Below are positions 1 to 9,388 of a stretch of DNA of 64,000 nt, piece after piece (the stretch's first letter is position 1; each line of letters opens with the position of its first letter). This DNA comes from an uncultured delta proteobacterium. Its GTDB lineage: Bacteria; Desulfobacterota; RBG-13-43-22. The notes beneath the pieces were generated by a model. That model worked only from the letters and a program-made list of their open reading frames with translations, made no database searches and was not told the origin of the DNA. Location: NCBI GenBank assembly GCA_963843145.1, contig CAWJJC010000003.1, forward strand, positions 96,001 through 160,000, given 5' to 3'. The position numbers were made by a program, and so were the translations under genes.

Positions 1-113
1 GGTTGGACCTGATCCTTTACAGCGCCATTATCATGCTGGTGGCCGCCGTGGAGCCCCGGGGGATCTGGGGCTTTGTGGAGAAGGCCCGGCGAAAAAAAAG
101 AAGCGGTCGATGA
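1..113 (+). CDS. livM: Branched-chain amino acid ABC transporter permease (LivM-like), 3' end only
   Basis: Frame from nt 3 reads LDLILYSAIIMLVAAVEPRGIWGFVEKARRKKRSGR*, the typical LivM C-terminal P-x-G-I-x-G motif; ATGA overlap with livG. Confidence 0.7.
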   Translation, partial: LDLILYSAIIMLVAAVEPRGIWGFVEKARRKKRSGR

Positions 114-859
114 GTTTGTTGGAGGTCAAAGAAGTCAGCAAAGATTTCGGCGGCTTGCGGGCCAACGACCGCGTTTCTTTCCGGGTGGATCCAGGAGAGG
201 TCGTCGGCCTTATCGGCCCCAACGGGGCCGGGAAGACCACCCTGTTCAACTGCATCGCCGGCTTTCACAGCCTGAGTGAGGGGAATGTTTTTTTCGATGG
301 CCGGGACATCTCCCGGCTGAAGGATTTTCAGATTGCTCGTCTGGGCCTGGCCAGGACCTTCCAGGTCTATACGGCCGCCGGGGATCTGAATGTGCTGGAA
401 AATATCATGATCGGCGCTTTTCTGAAGACCCGGTCCAGGAGAGAGGCCCTTCACAAAAGCCGGGAGGTCATGGTTTTCATGGGCATCGAGGACCAGAGGA
501 AGAACCTGATGACCGAACTGCCGGTGGCCGCCCAAAAAAGAGTTACCCTCGCCACCACCCTGGCCGCGGATCCCAAAATGATTCTCCTCGATGAAGTGGC
601 CGCGGGCCTTAATCCCTTTGAGATCGAAGAATTTATCGGTCTCTTAGAGGAAATCAACCGGGGAAAGGGGATCACCCTGTTGCTCACCGAACACGTGATG
701 GAATTGGTCATGCGCCTGAGCCATCGGGTCGTGGTTTTGGAGAGCGGCAGGAAGATCGCGGAAGGGGAACCCCGGGAAGTGATCAAAAGTGAGGCCGTGA
801 TCAGGGCCTACCTGGGGGAAAACTACGTCAGTAAAAGGACGTCGGGCGCAGAGCGCTAA
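110..859 (+). CDS. livG: Branched-chain amino acid ABC transporter ATPase LivG
   Basis: GPNGAGKTT Walker A, GLARTFQ, LLDE, C-terminal VIRAYLG. Confidence 0.9.
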   Translation: MSLLEVKEVSKDFGGLRANDRVSFRVDPGEVVGLIGPNGAGKTTLFNCIAGFHSLSEGNVFFDGRDISRLKDFQIARLGLARTFQVYTAAGDLNVLENIMIGAFLKTRSRREALHKSREVMVFMGIEDQRKNLMTELPVAAQKRVTLATTLAADPKMILLDEVAAGLNPFEIEEFIGLLEEINRGKGITLLLTEHVMELVMRLSHRVVVLESGRKIAEGEPREVIKSEAVIRAYLGENYVSKRTSGAER

Positions 860-994
860 GCGCAGGGATAACAGAAAGATAGAAGATAGAAGAGGGAAGA
901 GGGAAGAATTTTTGAAACTCCAGGCTGAAGGCCAGGAGACCAATTGATTGAAGTATTTTAACGCTTGGCGCTACGCGCTCAGCGCTCGGCCGAC
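846..994. repeat. Inverted GCGCNNN heptamer arrays enclosing an AGATAGA/AGAGGGA heptamer array
   Basis: GCGCAGA GCGCTAA GCGCAGG (846-866); ACGCTTG GCGCTAC GCGCTCA GCGCTCG (961-988); AGATAGA AGATAGA AGAGGGA AGAGGGA (877-904). Confidence 0.65.
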
Positions 995-997
995 GCG

Positions 998-1702
998 ATG
1001 CTGGAAGTACAAAACATAGAGGTTCGTTATTCCGGTTTGCCGGTGATCCAGGGTGTTTCTCTGGAAGTAAAGAAAGGCGAACTGGTTTCGGTAATCGGAG
1101 GCAACGGGGCCGGGAAATCCACTCTTTTTAAAGCCATCATGGGGGTTTTGCGGCCTTCGCGGGGAGGAATCACTTTTCAGGGTAGGCAGTTGCCCGGGCT
1201 GACCACGGCGGCCATTGTCCGTCTGGGGGTCGTCTGCATTCCGGAGGACCGGAAACTTTTTCGGCCGCTCTCCGTGGAAGAAAATCTGCACTTGGGGGCC
1301 TATATTCTTAAGGATCAGCAGAAGATACGAACCCTGCTGAAGGAGGTCTTTACTCTATTCCCCCGTCTAAAGGAAAGACGGGATCAGCCGGCGGCCACCC
1401 TGTCCGGCGGGGAACAGCAGATGCTGGCCATTGGACGGGGACTGATGGCCGATCCCCAACTTTTGCTCCTGGATGAACCCTCCCTGGGGTTGGCCCCCTT
1501 GCTGGTGGACGAGGTCTTTCGCGTGGTGGAGACGCTGAAGGAGCGGGGCATGACCATTTTGCTGGTAGAACAAAATGTCCGGGAGGCACTGGAGATTTGC
1601 AGCCGAGGCTATATTCTGCAGACCGGGAGGATTATTCAGGAAGGAACCGGAGCCGAACTTCTTCAGAGCGACGCCGTCCGGAAGGCTTTTCTCGGGTTGT
1701 AA
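998..1702 (+). CDS. livF: Branched-chain amino acid ABC transporter ATPase LivF
   Basis: GGNGAGKST, LSGGEQQMLAIGR, LLLDEPSLGLAP; ATG at 998 preferred over the longer ORF that starts inside the repeat. Confidence 0.9.
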   Translation: MLEVQNIEVRYSGLPVIQGVSLEVKKGELVSVIGGNGAGKSTLFKAIMGVLRPSRGGITFQGRQLPGLTTAAIVRLGVVCIPEDRKLFRPLSVEENLHLGAYILKDQQKIRTLLKEVFTLFPRLKERRDQPAATLSGGEQQMLAIGRGLMADPQLLLLDEPSLGLAPLLVDEVFRVVETLKERGMTILLVEQNVREALEICSRGYILQTGRIIQEGTGAELLQSDAVRKAFLGL

Positions 1703-1712
1703 GGGCCTGGGT

Positions 1713-2393
1713 TTGGAATACGAGGTCCCAAAAATTCTTCTCTGCGGCGATCAGGCCGTGAGTATTGAATTCGGGGACGGCATCGAGCCGAAAATTAACC
1801 GGAAAGTCCTCCAACTCTTTGACCGGTTCCGAACCCGGCCGGTTCCGGGGATTAAGGATCTCATCCCCAGCTATCGATCCCTCCTGATACAGTATGACCC
1901 GCTCAAACTTTCCCTGGAGGAATTGAAGGCCATCGTCCGGTTGCAGTTGCCCTGCCTGGGACAGGTGGATTCCTCCGAGGGAAGAATCGTTACGATTCCG
2001 GTCCGCTACGGCGGGTCCAGTGGACCGGACCTTACGGAGGTGGCCGAATACCACGGATTGACTCCTGCGGAAGTCATCGCTCTTCATTCGGCAATCACCT
2101 ACCGGGTCTATATGATAGGTTTTAGCCCGGGCTTTCCTTTTTTGGGGGGGTTGGATCCACGCCTACATACACCCAGAAAAAAATCTCCCCGGGAAAAGGT
2201 GCCGGCCGGCAGCGTGGGTATTGCCGATCAACAGACCGGGATCTATTCCCTGGACAGCCCCGGAGGCTGGCGGTTGATCGGCCGAACACCGGTAAAGCTT
2301 TTTGATCTCTCCAGGGAAGAACCGCTACTCCTCGGGGCCGGAGATCGTGTTCTTTTCCGGCCGATTACGGGAAAAGAATTTGAAAATTGTTAG
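1713..2393 (+). CDS. pxpB: 5-oxoprolinase subunit B (KipI / allophanate hydrolase subunit 1 family)
   Basis: IPVRYGG..GPDL, YMIGFSPGFPFLGGL, VPAGSVGIA, SPGGWRLIGRT motifs; start (TTG 1713) uncertain. Confidence 0.88.
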   Translation: MEYEVPKILLCGDQAVSIEFGDGIEPKINRKVLQLFDRFRTRPVPGIKDLIPSYRSLLIQYDPLKLSLEELKAIVRLQLPCLGQVDSSEGRIVTIPVRYGGSSGPDLTEVAEYHGLTPAEVIALHSAITYRVYMIGFSPGFPFLGGLDPRLHTPRKKSPREKVPAGSVGIADQQTGIYSLDSPGGWRLIGRTPVKLFDLSREEPLLLGAGDRVLFRPITGKEFENC

Positions 2394-3312
2394 GATCATC
2401 AAGCCCGGTCCACTGACGACGGTCCAGGATTTAGGCCGCTTGGGCTACCAGGACCGGGGCGTGCCGGTCTCCGGAGCCGTCGATCAATACGCCTTGCGAC
2501 TGGGCAACCTGCTCGTCGGGAATTGGGAAGGGGAGGCGGCGTTGGAAATTACCCTGGGGGGATTGGAGGTCGAATTTGTTCAGAATGGTTTTTTTGCCTT
2601 GACCGGGGCAGAATCCGCCGCCCGACTGAACGAAGTAAACGTTTCCTTCTGGAGAGGAATCGCCGTTTCCAAAGGAGATCGTCTGATCATTGACCACAGC
2701 CGGACCGGGGCCCGGATTTACCTGGCTCTGGCCGGAGGGGTCCAAGTTCCTCCTATTATGGGAAGCAAATCCACCTACCTTCGCGGCGGGTTTGGGGGAT
2801 ACCGGGGGAGGGCCTTGACCAAAGGAGATCAACTTGAATGCGGGCCGGCGCGGGAGGCCGTCCTCCCCGAAATTCCCTTCGAATTAAGGCCGCCCTATTC
2901 AGACGCCCCCAGGCTGCGCGTGGTGTTGGGGCCCCAGGATGAAGAAATTACGGACCAGGGACTTTTTACCTTTTGGTCTTCCTCTTATGTCCTAACCCGG
3001 CAGATGGATCGCATGGGTTGCAGGCTTCAAGGTCCAAGGATAACGCACCGAAGAGGTCCGGATATCATTTCCGACGGCACCAGCTTCGGTTCCATCCAGA
3101 TCCCTGGAAACGGCCAGCCCATCATACTCCTGGCGGACCGCCAGACCACCGGCGGCTATGTTAAAATTGCCGCGGTCATTGCCCTGGACTGGCCCTTGAT
3201 CGCCCAGGCTTTGCCCGGTTGGGCCATTCGTTTTGAAGCCGCCACTTTGGAGGAGGCCCAGAAAAGCTATTTTCAAAGAGAATCTGCCCTGGCCCGCTTA
3301 TTAAAGGCATAA
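2380..3312 (+). CDS. pxpC: 5-oxoprolinase subunit C (KipA family)
   Basis: PGPLTTVQDLGR, GSKSTY, DRMGCRL, GQPIILLADRQTTGGY; TTG start overlapping pxpB. Confidence 0.88.
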   Translation: MKIVRIIKPGPLTTVQDLGRLGYQDRGVPVSGAVDQYALRLGNLLVGNWEGEAALEITLGGLEVEFVQNGFFALTGAESAARLNEVNVSFWRGIAVSKGDRLIIDHSRTGARIYLALAGGVQVPPIMGSKSTYLRGGFGGYRGRALTKGDQLECGPAREAVLPEIPFELRPPYSDAPRLRVVLGPQDEEITDQGLFTFWSSSYVLTRQMDRMGCRLQGPRITHRRGPDIISDGTSFGSIQIPGNGQPIILLADRQTTGGYVKIAAVIALDWPLIAQALPGWAIRFEAATLEEAQKSYFQRESALARLLKA

Positions 3313-3382
3313 GGGGATTGACCTTTGATCGGTTTGGGAGCATATTGGAAAAATTGGGGTCGAGGTTCAGGATCGGGTATTT

Positions 3383-3710
3383 TTGACGCTTCGCCCTTTT
3401 GGGTAGGTACCCCCAATATAAGGGTATGGGCCACCCGGGTCTCTTGGAAAGGGTTTTCCAAAGGCCATCCGGACTCCGAATTCGGGCCTAAGCAACTAAC
3501 TTGATTCAAAAGCAGGCCCAAACCCGGAGACCTTAAAAGCCTTCCCTGTTGGCCCTGCCTCCAGTGCGATTTGAGGATACAGGGGCCGGGTTAGAACCGA
3601 AGAAGAAGTGTGGAAAACCCTTTCCAAGAGACCCGGGTGGCCAGGGAGGCCTTGGGTTCGGAGCGATCGACTATGGTGCAACCACCCACCCAGAAGGGCG
3701 GAGAACCAAA
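3383..3710. mobile_element. REPIN/MITE-like element with a perfect 32-bp internal inverted repeat
   Basis: 3429-3460 GGCCACCCGGGTCTCTTGGAAAGGGTTTTCCA is the exact reverse complement of 3611-3642; outer motif TTGACGCTTCGCCCTTTTGGGTAGGTACCCC at 3383 with a degenerate inverted copy at 3682-3710. Confidence 0.6.
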
Positions 3711-3743
3711 TTTATTACTATAGAACAGGAGTGAGAGATAACG

Positions 3744-3953
3744 ATGGTGGATATCAAATTGCTTGAAAAAGTCTTGAAGGAATTTGAGCAGGAGAACGAA
3801 GAAGATCCGATCGAGGATCCCGAATATATCAAGGGGATCAATTTTATGGCCGATGAAATGCGGACCCTGGACGAAAATTATTTCGCCAAGGGAATCATTG
3901 ATTTCATCCGGGAGTATGATCGGCGAAGGAAGAAAAAGATGGGGAAGTCTTGA
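3744..3953 (+). CDS. Small acidic hypothetical protein
   Basis: 69-aa ORF with upstream AGGAG; no family recognised. Confidence 0.6.
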   Translation: MVDIKLLEKVLKEFEQENEEDPIEDPEYIKGINFMADEMRTLDENYFAKGIIDFIREYDRRRKKKMGKS

Positions 3954-3988
3954 TTAAACTTTTTAACTAAATTATAAGGAGTCATTTT

Positions 3989-4369
3989 ATGAAAATTGCG
4001 TTTCCGGTCACGGAAGATCGAGGGATGGAGAGTCCGGTGTATGGTCATTTTGGTTCAGCTCCCCTCTTTATGGTTTTAGACAGTGCCAACGACGCACTCG
4101 AATCCATTGGGAATTCGGATGCTCATCATGCCCACGGTCAATGCCAACCGATCAAGGCCTTGGGGGGGACCTCCGTGGACCTGGTAGTCGTAGGCGGCAT
4201 CGGGGGCGGGGCTTTACTGAAACTCCAAGGTTTGGGAATCAAGGTGTTCAGGGCCGTGGAAGGCAGCGTGCTGGAAAATCTGGAATTGTTGAAATCCGGC
4301 AAATTGCCTGAATTCGCGGTGAATATGACCTGTGCCGGACACCAGGGCGGCCAGAGTTGCCATCACTAA
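3989..4369 (+). CDS. NifB/NifX-family (FeMo-cofactor-binding domain) protein
   Basis: MKIAFPV..HFG.AP.F, VVVGGIGGGA pattern; AAGGAG RBS; His/Cys-rich tail. Confidence 0.85.
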   Translation: MKIAFPVTEDRGMESPVYGHFGSAPLFMVLDSANDALESIGNSDAHHAHGQCQPIKALGGTSVDLVVVGGIGGGALLKLQGLGIKVFRAVEGSVLENLELLKSGKLPEFAVNMTCAGHQGGQSCHH

Positions 4370-4383
4370 AGCGGAGTGAATCC

Positions 4384-4827
4384 ATGGAGCAGGATGCAAT
4401 TACCCAGCCCGGCGACCTGTCGACTATCCGGGAGATGCTGCGAAGTTCGGGGTACGCCGAAAAAGCGATTGACTATTACCTGACCAAACCCAACCAAGGT
4501 CCCTTGGAGGGCGCCGACCAGATTTCCGAATTGACCGGTCCCTGCGGGGATACCATGAAGTGTTATCTGAAGGTCGACCGGGGAACTATCCAAGAGGCCA
4601 GGTTCCAGGTTTTAGGTTGTCCGGGGGCGATTGCCGCCGCCATGGCCCTGGCCGACCTGGTCAAGGGGAAAAAATTCCAGAAGGCCCTGGAAGTCAAAGA
4701 CGGGGACGTTTTCAGGGAATTGGTCCAGATCCCCGATCAGAAACAGCATTGTATCCGTCTGGCGGTTAAAACGCTGGAAAAAACCATTGCGGATTTTCAA
4801 AAGGAGAAAAACCATGCCGCTGTTTGA
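4384..4827 (+). CDS. NifU/IscU N-terminal-like Fe-S scaffold protein
   Basis: GPCGDTM, LGCPGAIAA, KQHC: the three conserved Cys of the IscU fold. Confidence 0.85.
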   Translation: MEQDAITQPGDLSTIREMLRSSGYAEKAIDYYLTKPNQGPLEGADQISELTGPCGDTMKCYLKVDRGTIQEARFQVLGCPGAIAAAMALADLVKGKKFQKALEVKDGDVFRELVQIPDQKQHCIRLAVKTLEKTIADFQKEKNHAAV

Positions 4828-5068
4828 TTACCTCTGCCTGGATTGTGGCCGGGTAAGTGAAATGCTTTTGATCGGTTCGAGCGAAGAACCGGGATGCCCC
4901 GACTGCGGGAGCAGAAACGTGAAACGGATGCTTTCCGCACCCTCCTCTTTATCCGGGGTGGCCCAGCACAGCCTGCCGGGGGTAAAGGATACGGCCTGCT
5001 GTGGATCGGCCCCCGGCCAGGGAGCGGGCTGTGCCGGCCCGGGGAGTTGTTGCGGCCACGGGCACTAA
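4814..5068 (+). CDS. FmdB-family zinc-ribbon protein
   Basis: MPLFDYLCLDCG...CPDCGS; AAGGAG RBS; Cys-rich tail. Confidence 0.85.
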   Translation: MPLFDYLCLDCGRVSEMLLIGSSEEPGCPDCGSRNVKRMLSAPSSLSGVAQHSLPGVKDTACCGSAPGQGAGCAGPGSCCGHGH

Positions 5069-5172
5069 AGGGTATTCCCTATTCCGGAGTACCGTTGGAA
5101 AACCCTTGCGCCGGTACCCGGCGGCCAGACCAGCTAGGGGGGGGTATCCACCCCCAAGGGCGAAGGGTCAAA
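5067..5172 (+). repeat. Copy of the ~78-bp repeat arm
   Basis: TGGAAAACCCTT..ACCCGGCGGCC..GGGGTATCCACCCCCAAGGGCGAAGGGTCAA aligns with the reverse complement of 3383-3460. Confidence 0.65.
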
Positions 5173-5189
5173 TATTGTAGGAGGTGGCT

Positions 5190-5936
5190 ATGTCTGGGCA
5201 CTCTAAGTGGAGCACGATAAAACGGAAAAAAGGGGCCGCCGATGCCAAGCGGGGAAAGGTTTTTTCCAAACTAATCAAGGAAATTACCGTGTCGGCCCGC
5301 ATGGGGGGGGCGGACCAAAGCGGCAATCCCCGCCTGCGGGCGGCCATTCTGGCCGCCAAAGCGGAAAACATGCCGAAGGATAATATCGATCGGGCCGTTA
5401 AGAAAGGCACCGGGGATTTGGAGGGAGCGGCTTACGAAGAAACCGCCTATGAGGGCTATGGGCCGGGCGGGGTGGCGATCCTGGTTCAAGTATTGACCGA
5501 CAACAAAAACCGTACGGTTTCCGATGTCCGACATATTTTCACGAAAAACGGAGGCAATATGGGGGAAGCCGGCTCCGTGGCCTGGTTGTTCGATAAAAAG
5601 GGCTTCGTGGTTTTTGAAAAGGGAAAGGTGGATGAAGAGGCCTTGATGGAATGGGCCCTGGAGGCCGGGGTAGACGATATCCGGGAACAGGAAAACGAGT
5701 GGGAAGTGATCACCACCCCTGAAATTTTTGAACAGGTGCGAACGACTTTGGAGGAAAAACAGTGGATCCCCCAAGTGGCCGAAGTAACCATGCTGCCCAA
5801 GAATACCATTACCCTGGACGCCAAACAGGCGGAGCAGATGCTGCGCATGATGGAGGCCCTGGAAGATCACGAAGATGTTCAAAATGTGTACGCCAATTTT
5901 GATATCCCGGATCAGGTCATGGAGGCCTTAGGCTGA
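5190..5936 (+). CDS. yebC: YebC/PmpR family protein
   Basis: [28 protein letters not shown]; adjacent to ruvC. Confidence 0.95.
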   Translation: MSGHSKWSTIKRKKGAADAKRGKVFSKLIKEITVSARMGGADQSGNPRLRAAILAAKAENMPKDNIDRAVKKGTGDLEGAAYEETAYEGYGPGGVAILVQVLTDNKNRTVSDVRHIFTKNGGNMGEAGSVAWLFDKKGFVVFEKGKVDEEALMEWALEAGVDDIREQENEWEVITTPEIFEQVRTTLEEKQWIPQVAEVTMLPKNTITLDAKQAEQMLRMMEALEDHEDVQNVYANFDIPDQVMEALG

Positions 5937-5939
5937 TTC

Positions 5940-6431
5940 ATGGGCGTCCGGCAACCGGGGCGGACCTTGGGGATCGACCCGGGATCGCAAGTCACCGGAG
6001 TGGGGATTCTGGAAAGAGACGGGTCGCGGTTTCGGCATATTTACAGCGGCGCCATTCGCCTTTCGACCTTGCCGACCCTGGTCCTGCGGTTGGAAAAAAT
6101 TCATCAGCGGCTGCAGGAAATCATCCAGGAATTCCTGCCCACCGAGATGGCGGTGGAAAAAGTTTTTTTAGCCAAAAACGTTCACAGCGCCCTGATCCTG
6201 GGGCAGGTTCGGGGGGTGGCCCTGCTGGCGGCCGTGGAAGCGGGGCTGGAACTTTTTGAATATAGCGCCTTAGAGATCAAAAAAGCGGTCACCGGCTACG
6301 GTCGGGCGGAAAAAACGCAAGTCCACTCCATGGTCGGGAATTTATTGGGACTGACGATTCCTCGAAACCGGGACATCTCCGATGCCCTGGCCGTAGCCAT
6401 CTGTCACCTGAATTGGTTCCGGCCCCTTTGA
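5940..6431 (+). CDS. ruvC: Holliday junction resolvase RuvC
   Basis: [33 protein letters not shown]. Confidence 0.93.
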   Translation: MGVRQPGRTLGIDPGSQVTGVGILERDGSRFRHIYSGAIRLSTLPTLVLRLEKIHQRLQEIIQEFLPTEMAVEKVFLAKNVHSALILGQVRGVALLAAVEAGLELFEYSALEIKKAVTGYGRAEKTQVHSMVGNLLGLTIPRNRDISDALAVAICHLNWFRPL

Positions 6432-6447
6432 CGCCGGAGGCGCAGCG

Positions 6448-7048
6448 ATGATTGCCTTTTTAACCGGTCAATTACGATTCAAATCTCCTGAATACAGCAT
6501 CATCGATGTACAGGGCGTCGGCTATCAGGTGGTTTTACCGCTCTCCTCCTTTTATGAATTGCCTCCTTTGAAAGAAGAGATTCAGTTGCACATCCATACC
6601 CACGTTCGGGAGGATGCGCTCAGCCTGTTCGGATTTTTGACCCTTTTGGAAAAGAAGCTTTTTTTATTGCTTCTGGAGGTGACCGGTATCGGCGCCAAGC
6701 TAGCCTTGAATATCCTCTCCGGCATTTCGGCGCCGGAGCTTTATCAGGCTTTAGTGACGGCCGACAGCCAACGGGTCCAGCGCGTGCCGGGAGTGGGAAA
6801 AAAGACGTCCGAACGCATCATCCTGGAACTAAAGGACCGGGTAAAAAAGATTGAAATTATAGCCCCGCCGCCGCCCGAGAGGGGAACCTGGGACCGGACT
6901 TGGGAAGATGCCCTTTCGGCCCTGCTCAACCTGGGCTATGGTCGTCCTTTGGCCGAAAAGGCCCTGGAATCCATCCGCCGACGAATCGGACTCCGGCGTA
7001 ACCCTGGAAGAACTGCTGCGTCGAAGTTTACGGTCTTTATCGCAATGA
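6448..7048 (+). CDS. ruvA: RuvA (single-base insertion near 6975 shifts the natural C-terminus and fuses the ORF to ruvB)
   Basis: [27 protein letters not shown]; the shifted frame gives [23 protein letters not shown] ending TGA 7046-7048. Confidence 0.85.
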
Positions 7049-8100
7049 CGACTCCTCGCCTTCTGGATCTCGATAATCTGGAAGGGGAAGGGCAACTCGA
7101 AGTCGGGTTGCGGCCCCGGAGCCTGGATGAGTTTGTCGGGCAGGGCAAGGTGAAAGAAAATCTGAGGATTTTCATCGAAGCCGCCAAGGCCCGCTCTGAA
7201 GCGCTGGATCACGTTTTGGTCCACGGTTTTCCGGGATTGGGCAAGACCACCTTGGCCTATATCATTTCCCAGGAATTGCAGGTCAACCTGAAGACCACCT
7301 CCGGTCCGGTTATCGAGCGGCCGGGCGACCTGGCGGCGCTACTGACCAATCTACAACCTAAGGAAGTCTTATTTATCGACGAAATCCATCGGCTTAACCA
7401 TGTGGTCGAGGAGATTTTGTACCCGGCCATGGAAGATTTTCAGTTGGACCTCCTGATCGGGCAAGGGCCGAGCGCCCGATCCGTCAAGCTGGATCTGCCC
7501 AAGTTCACCCTGGTGGGGGCCACCACCAGGGCCGGGCTGTTGACCCCGCCCTTGCGCGATCGTTTTGGAGTCATCCTCCGCGTGGATTTTTATTCGCCGG
7601 AGGAATTACAGACTATTCTGACCCGCTCGGCGGCCATTATGAAGATCGCCGCGGAAGAGGAGGGGCTGTTGGAGATCGCCCGACGCTCCCGGGGTACGCC
7701 GCGGGTGGCGAATCGTTTGCTGCGGCGGGTTCGGGATTACGCCCAGGTCAGGGCGGAGGGCTGCATCTCGCTGCCCGTGGCCCGGGAGGCCTTGCAGATG
7801 CTGGAAGTGGATCGTTTGGGTCTGGACCGGATGGATCGGAAGATTCTGTTGACCATCATGGAGAAATTCAGCGGCGGTCCGGTGGGGGTGGATGCTCTTT
7901 CCGTGGGCTTGTCTGAAGAAAGGGATACCCTGGAGGATGTCTACGAACCCTTCCTTATTCAACTGGGTTTTTTAAACCGGACCCCCAGGGGTCGGATGGC
8001 CACCCCTTTGGCCTATAGACATTTTGGAAAAAAAGCGCCCGTGGAACTCCAGGGACTATTATTTGAGTCCGAGGAGGAAGAGCGTTCTTCGGCGTTTTAA
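7045..8100 (+). CDS. ruvB: Holliday junction helicase RuvB
   Basis: [36 protein letters not shown]. Confidence 0.95.
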   Translation: MTTPRLLDLDNLEGEGQLEVGLRPRSLDEFVGQGKVKENLRIFIEAAKARSEALDHVLVHGFPGLGKTTLAYIISQELQVNLKTTSGPVIERPGDLAALLTNLQPKEVLFIDEIHRLNHVVEEILYPAMEDFQLDLLIGQGPSARSVKLDLPKFTLVGATTRAGLLTPPLRDRFGVILRVDFYSPEELQTILTRSAAIMKIAAEEEGLLEIARRSRGTPRVANRLLRRVRDYAQVRAEGCISLPVAREALQMLEVDRLGLDRMDRKILLTIMEKFSGGPVGVDALSVGLSEERDTLEDVYEPFLIQLGFLNRTPRGRMATPLAYRHFGKKAPVELQGLLFESEEEERSSAF

Positions 8101-8138
8101 AAAACGGCAGAAACGATAACTCTTCAGGAGAACTGGCA

Positions 8139-8918
8139 ATGCATTCGCTGGCGGTGTTCAGTTTAAAGGGGGGGACCGGTAAAACCACCTTGAGCGTTTC
8201 CTTGGGCTGGATTTTAGCCGAAGAGGGGCTCCGGGTCCTGCTGGTCGATCTGGACCCCCAGGGACACTTGACGCATTATTTGAAGGCCGGACCCGCAAAA
8301 GATCAGCCGACCCTTTTTCAAGCGTTGATTCATGATCAGCCGATCAGCGGGGCCGTGGTCTCCACAAAAAATCCCGGGTTGCATCTTCTGCCGGCCAGTG
8401 AAGAGAATTTGTATTTAAACGAGGCCCTCATATCCAGACCCTGGAGGGAATGGAAATTAAGGGATGCCCTGGAGGCCGCCCAGCCCTTCCCCTATGATTT
8501 GGTGCTGCTGGACGTGGGGGGCAACTTGAACCTCATCACCTACAATGCCTTGCTGGCGGCTAACGCGCTGGTGATCCCTGTATTGCCCGATCTATTTTCC
8601 TACTTAAGCCTGAAGACCCTGTTTACCTTCCTGAAACGGACCGCCGGCCAGTATCAATATGCCTTTCAAATGATCTGGGTCCTGATCAATAAAATTAATA
8701 ATCATCGCCCGCTGGATCGGGAAAACCGGGACGCGTTACGGAAATATTACGGCAAGTTCTTGATGCCCGAAATGATACGGGAGGATCCTAAGCTGGTTCA
8801 GGCCTTGCGCCGGCAGGAGCTGATTACCCAATACGCCCCCGAGTCTATTGCGGCCAGGGACTTGAAAAAGGTGGCGCAATTCATTCAAAAGTCCTTTCTG
8901 CCGGATGTCGGCCGCTGA
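8139..8918 (+). CDS. ParA/MinD-family ATPase (orphan)
   Basis: Deviant Walker A SLKGGTGKTT, VLLVDLDPQG; no parB nearby. Confidence 0.88.
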   Translation: MHSLAVFSLKGGTGKTTLSVSLGWILAEEGLRVLLVDLDPQGHLTHYLKAGPAKDQPTLFQALIHDQPISGAVVSTKNPGLHLLPASEENLYLNEALISRPWREWKLRDALEAAQPFPYDLVLLDVGGNLNLITYNALLAANALVIPVLPDLFSYLSLKTLFTFLKRTAGQYQYAFQMIWVLINKINNHRPLDRENRDALRKYYGKFLMPEMIREDPKLVQALRRQELITQYAPESIAARDLKKVAQFIQKSFLPDVGR

Positions 8919-8977
8919 AATTTATTAATAAGTTCATCCAATACAATCCAAACCTATCTTGATAAGGAGGTACTTCT

Positions 8978-9325
8978 ATGAACGACGTCTATGAAACCAA
9001 TGCCCCCCGGGAATTCCCAAACCCTAAGGCCCAGCCGGAAATCGACGAAAAAAAAGCCATCAAATTGGAAGGGATGAAAGTCTCCGAGCTTAAGGAAACG
9101 GTGGAACGCTGGAAGAAGGATATCTTAGATCGTATTCAGTTCCTGAAGGAAAATTATGACCAGGCCTTACAAGACAAGGAGGCCTTGACTTTGGAAGTGG
9201 ATAAAGGGAAGGCCGAACTGGCCGCTTCGGATTTCCGGGTCCAGGAACTGGAAAGACAGTTGGCCGATGTCTTGGAAACGTATAATAATTTACTCAAAGA
9301 AGTGTCCGGCGCTTTGCAGGATTAG
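8978..9325 (+). CDS. Coiled-coil hypothetical protein
   Basis: Strong RBS AAGGAGGT; heptad-rich E/K/L sequence after a Pro-rich N-terminus. Confidence 0.75.
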   Translation: MNDVYETNAPREFPNPKAQPEIDEKKAIKLEGMKVSELKETVERWKKDILDRIQFLKENYDQALQDKEALTLEVDKGKAELAASDFRVQELERQLADVLETYNNLLKEVSGALQD

Positions 9326-9388
9326 CGGGCGGCCTTCCGGAAGGAACTTTTCATTTTTAAGAAATAGTTCCAGGACAAATCTAACCTG

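Noticed and set aside
3549-3734. 61-aa ORF in the pxpC downstream spacer
   Set aside because: It runs through the inverted-repeat arm, has a TTG start without RBS, and shows no protein-like features.
4384-4827. Selenocysteine read-through in the NifU-like or redoxin genes
   Set aside because: All conserved Cys positions are ordinary Cys codons, and no in-frame TGA lies at a catalytic site.
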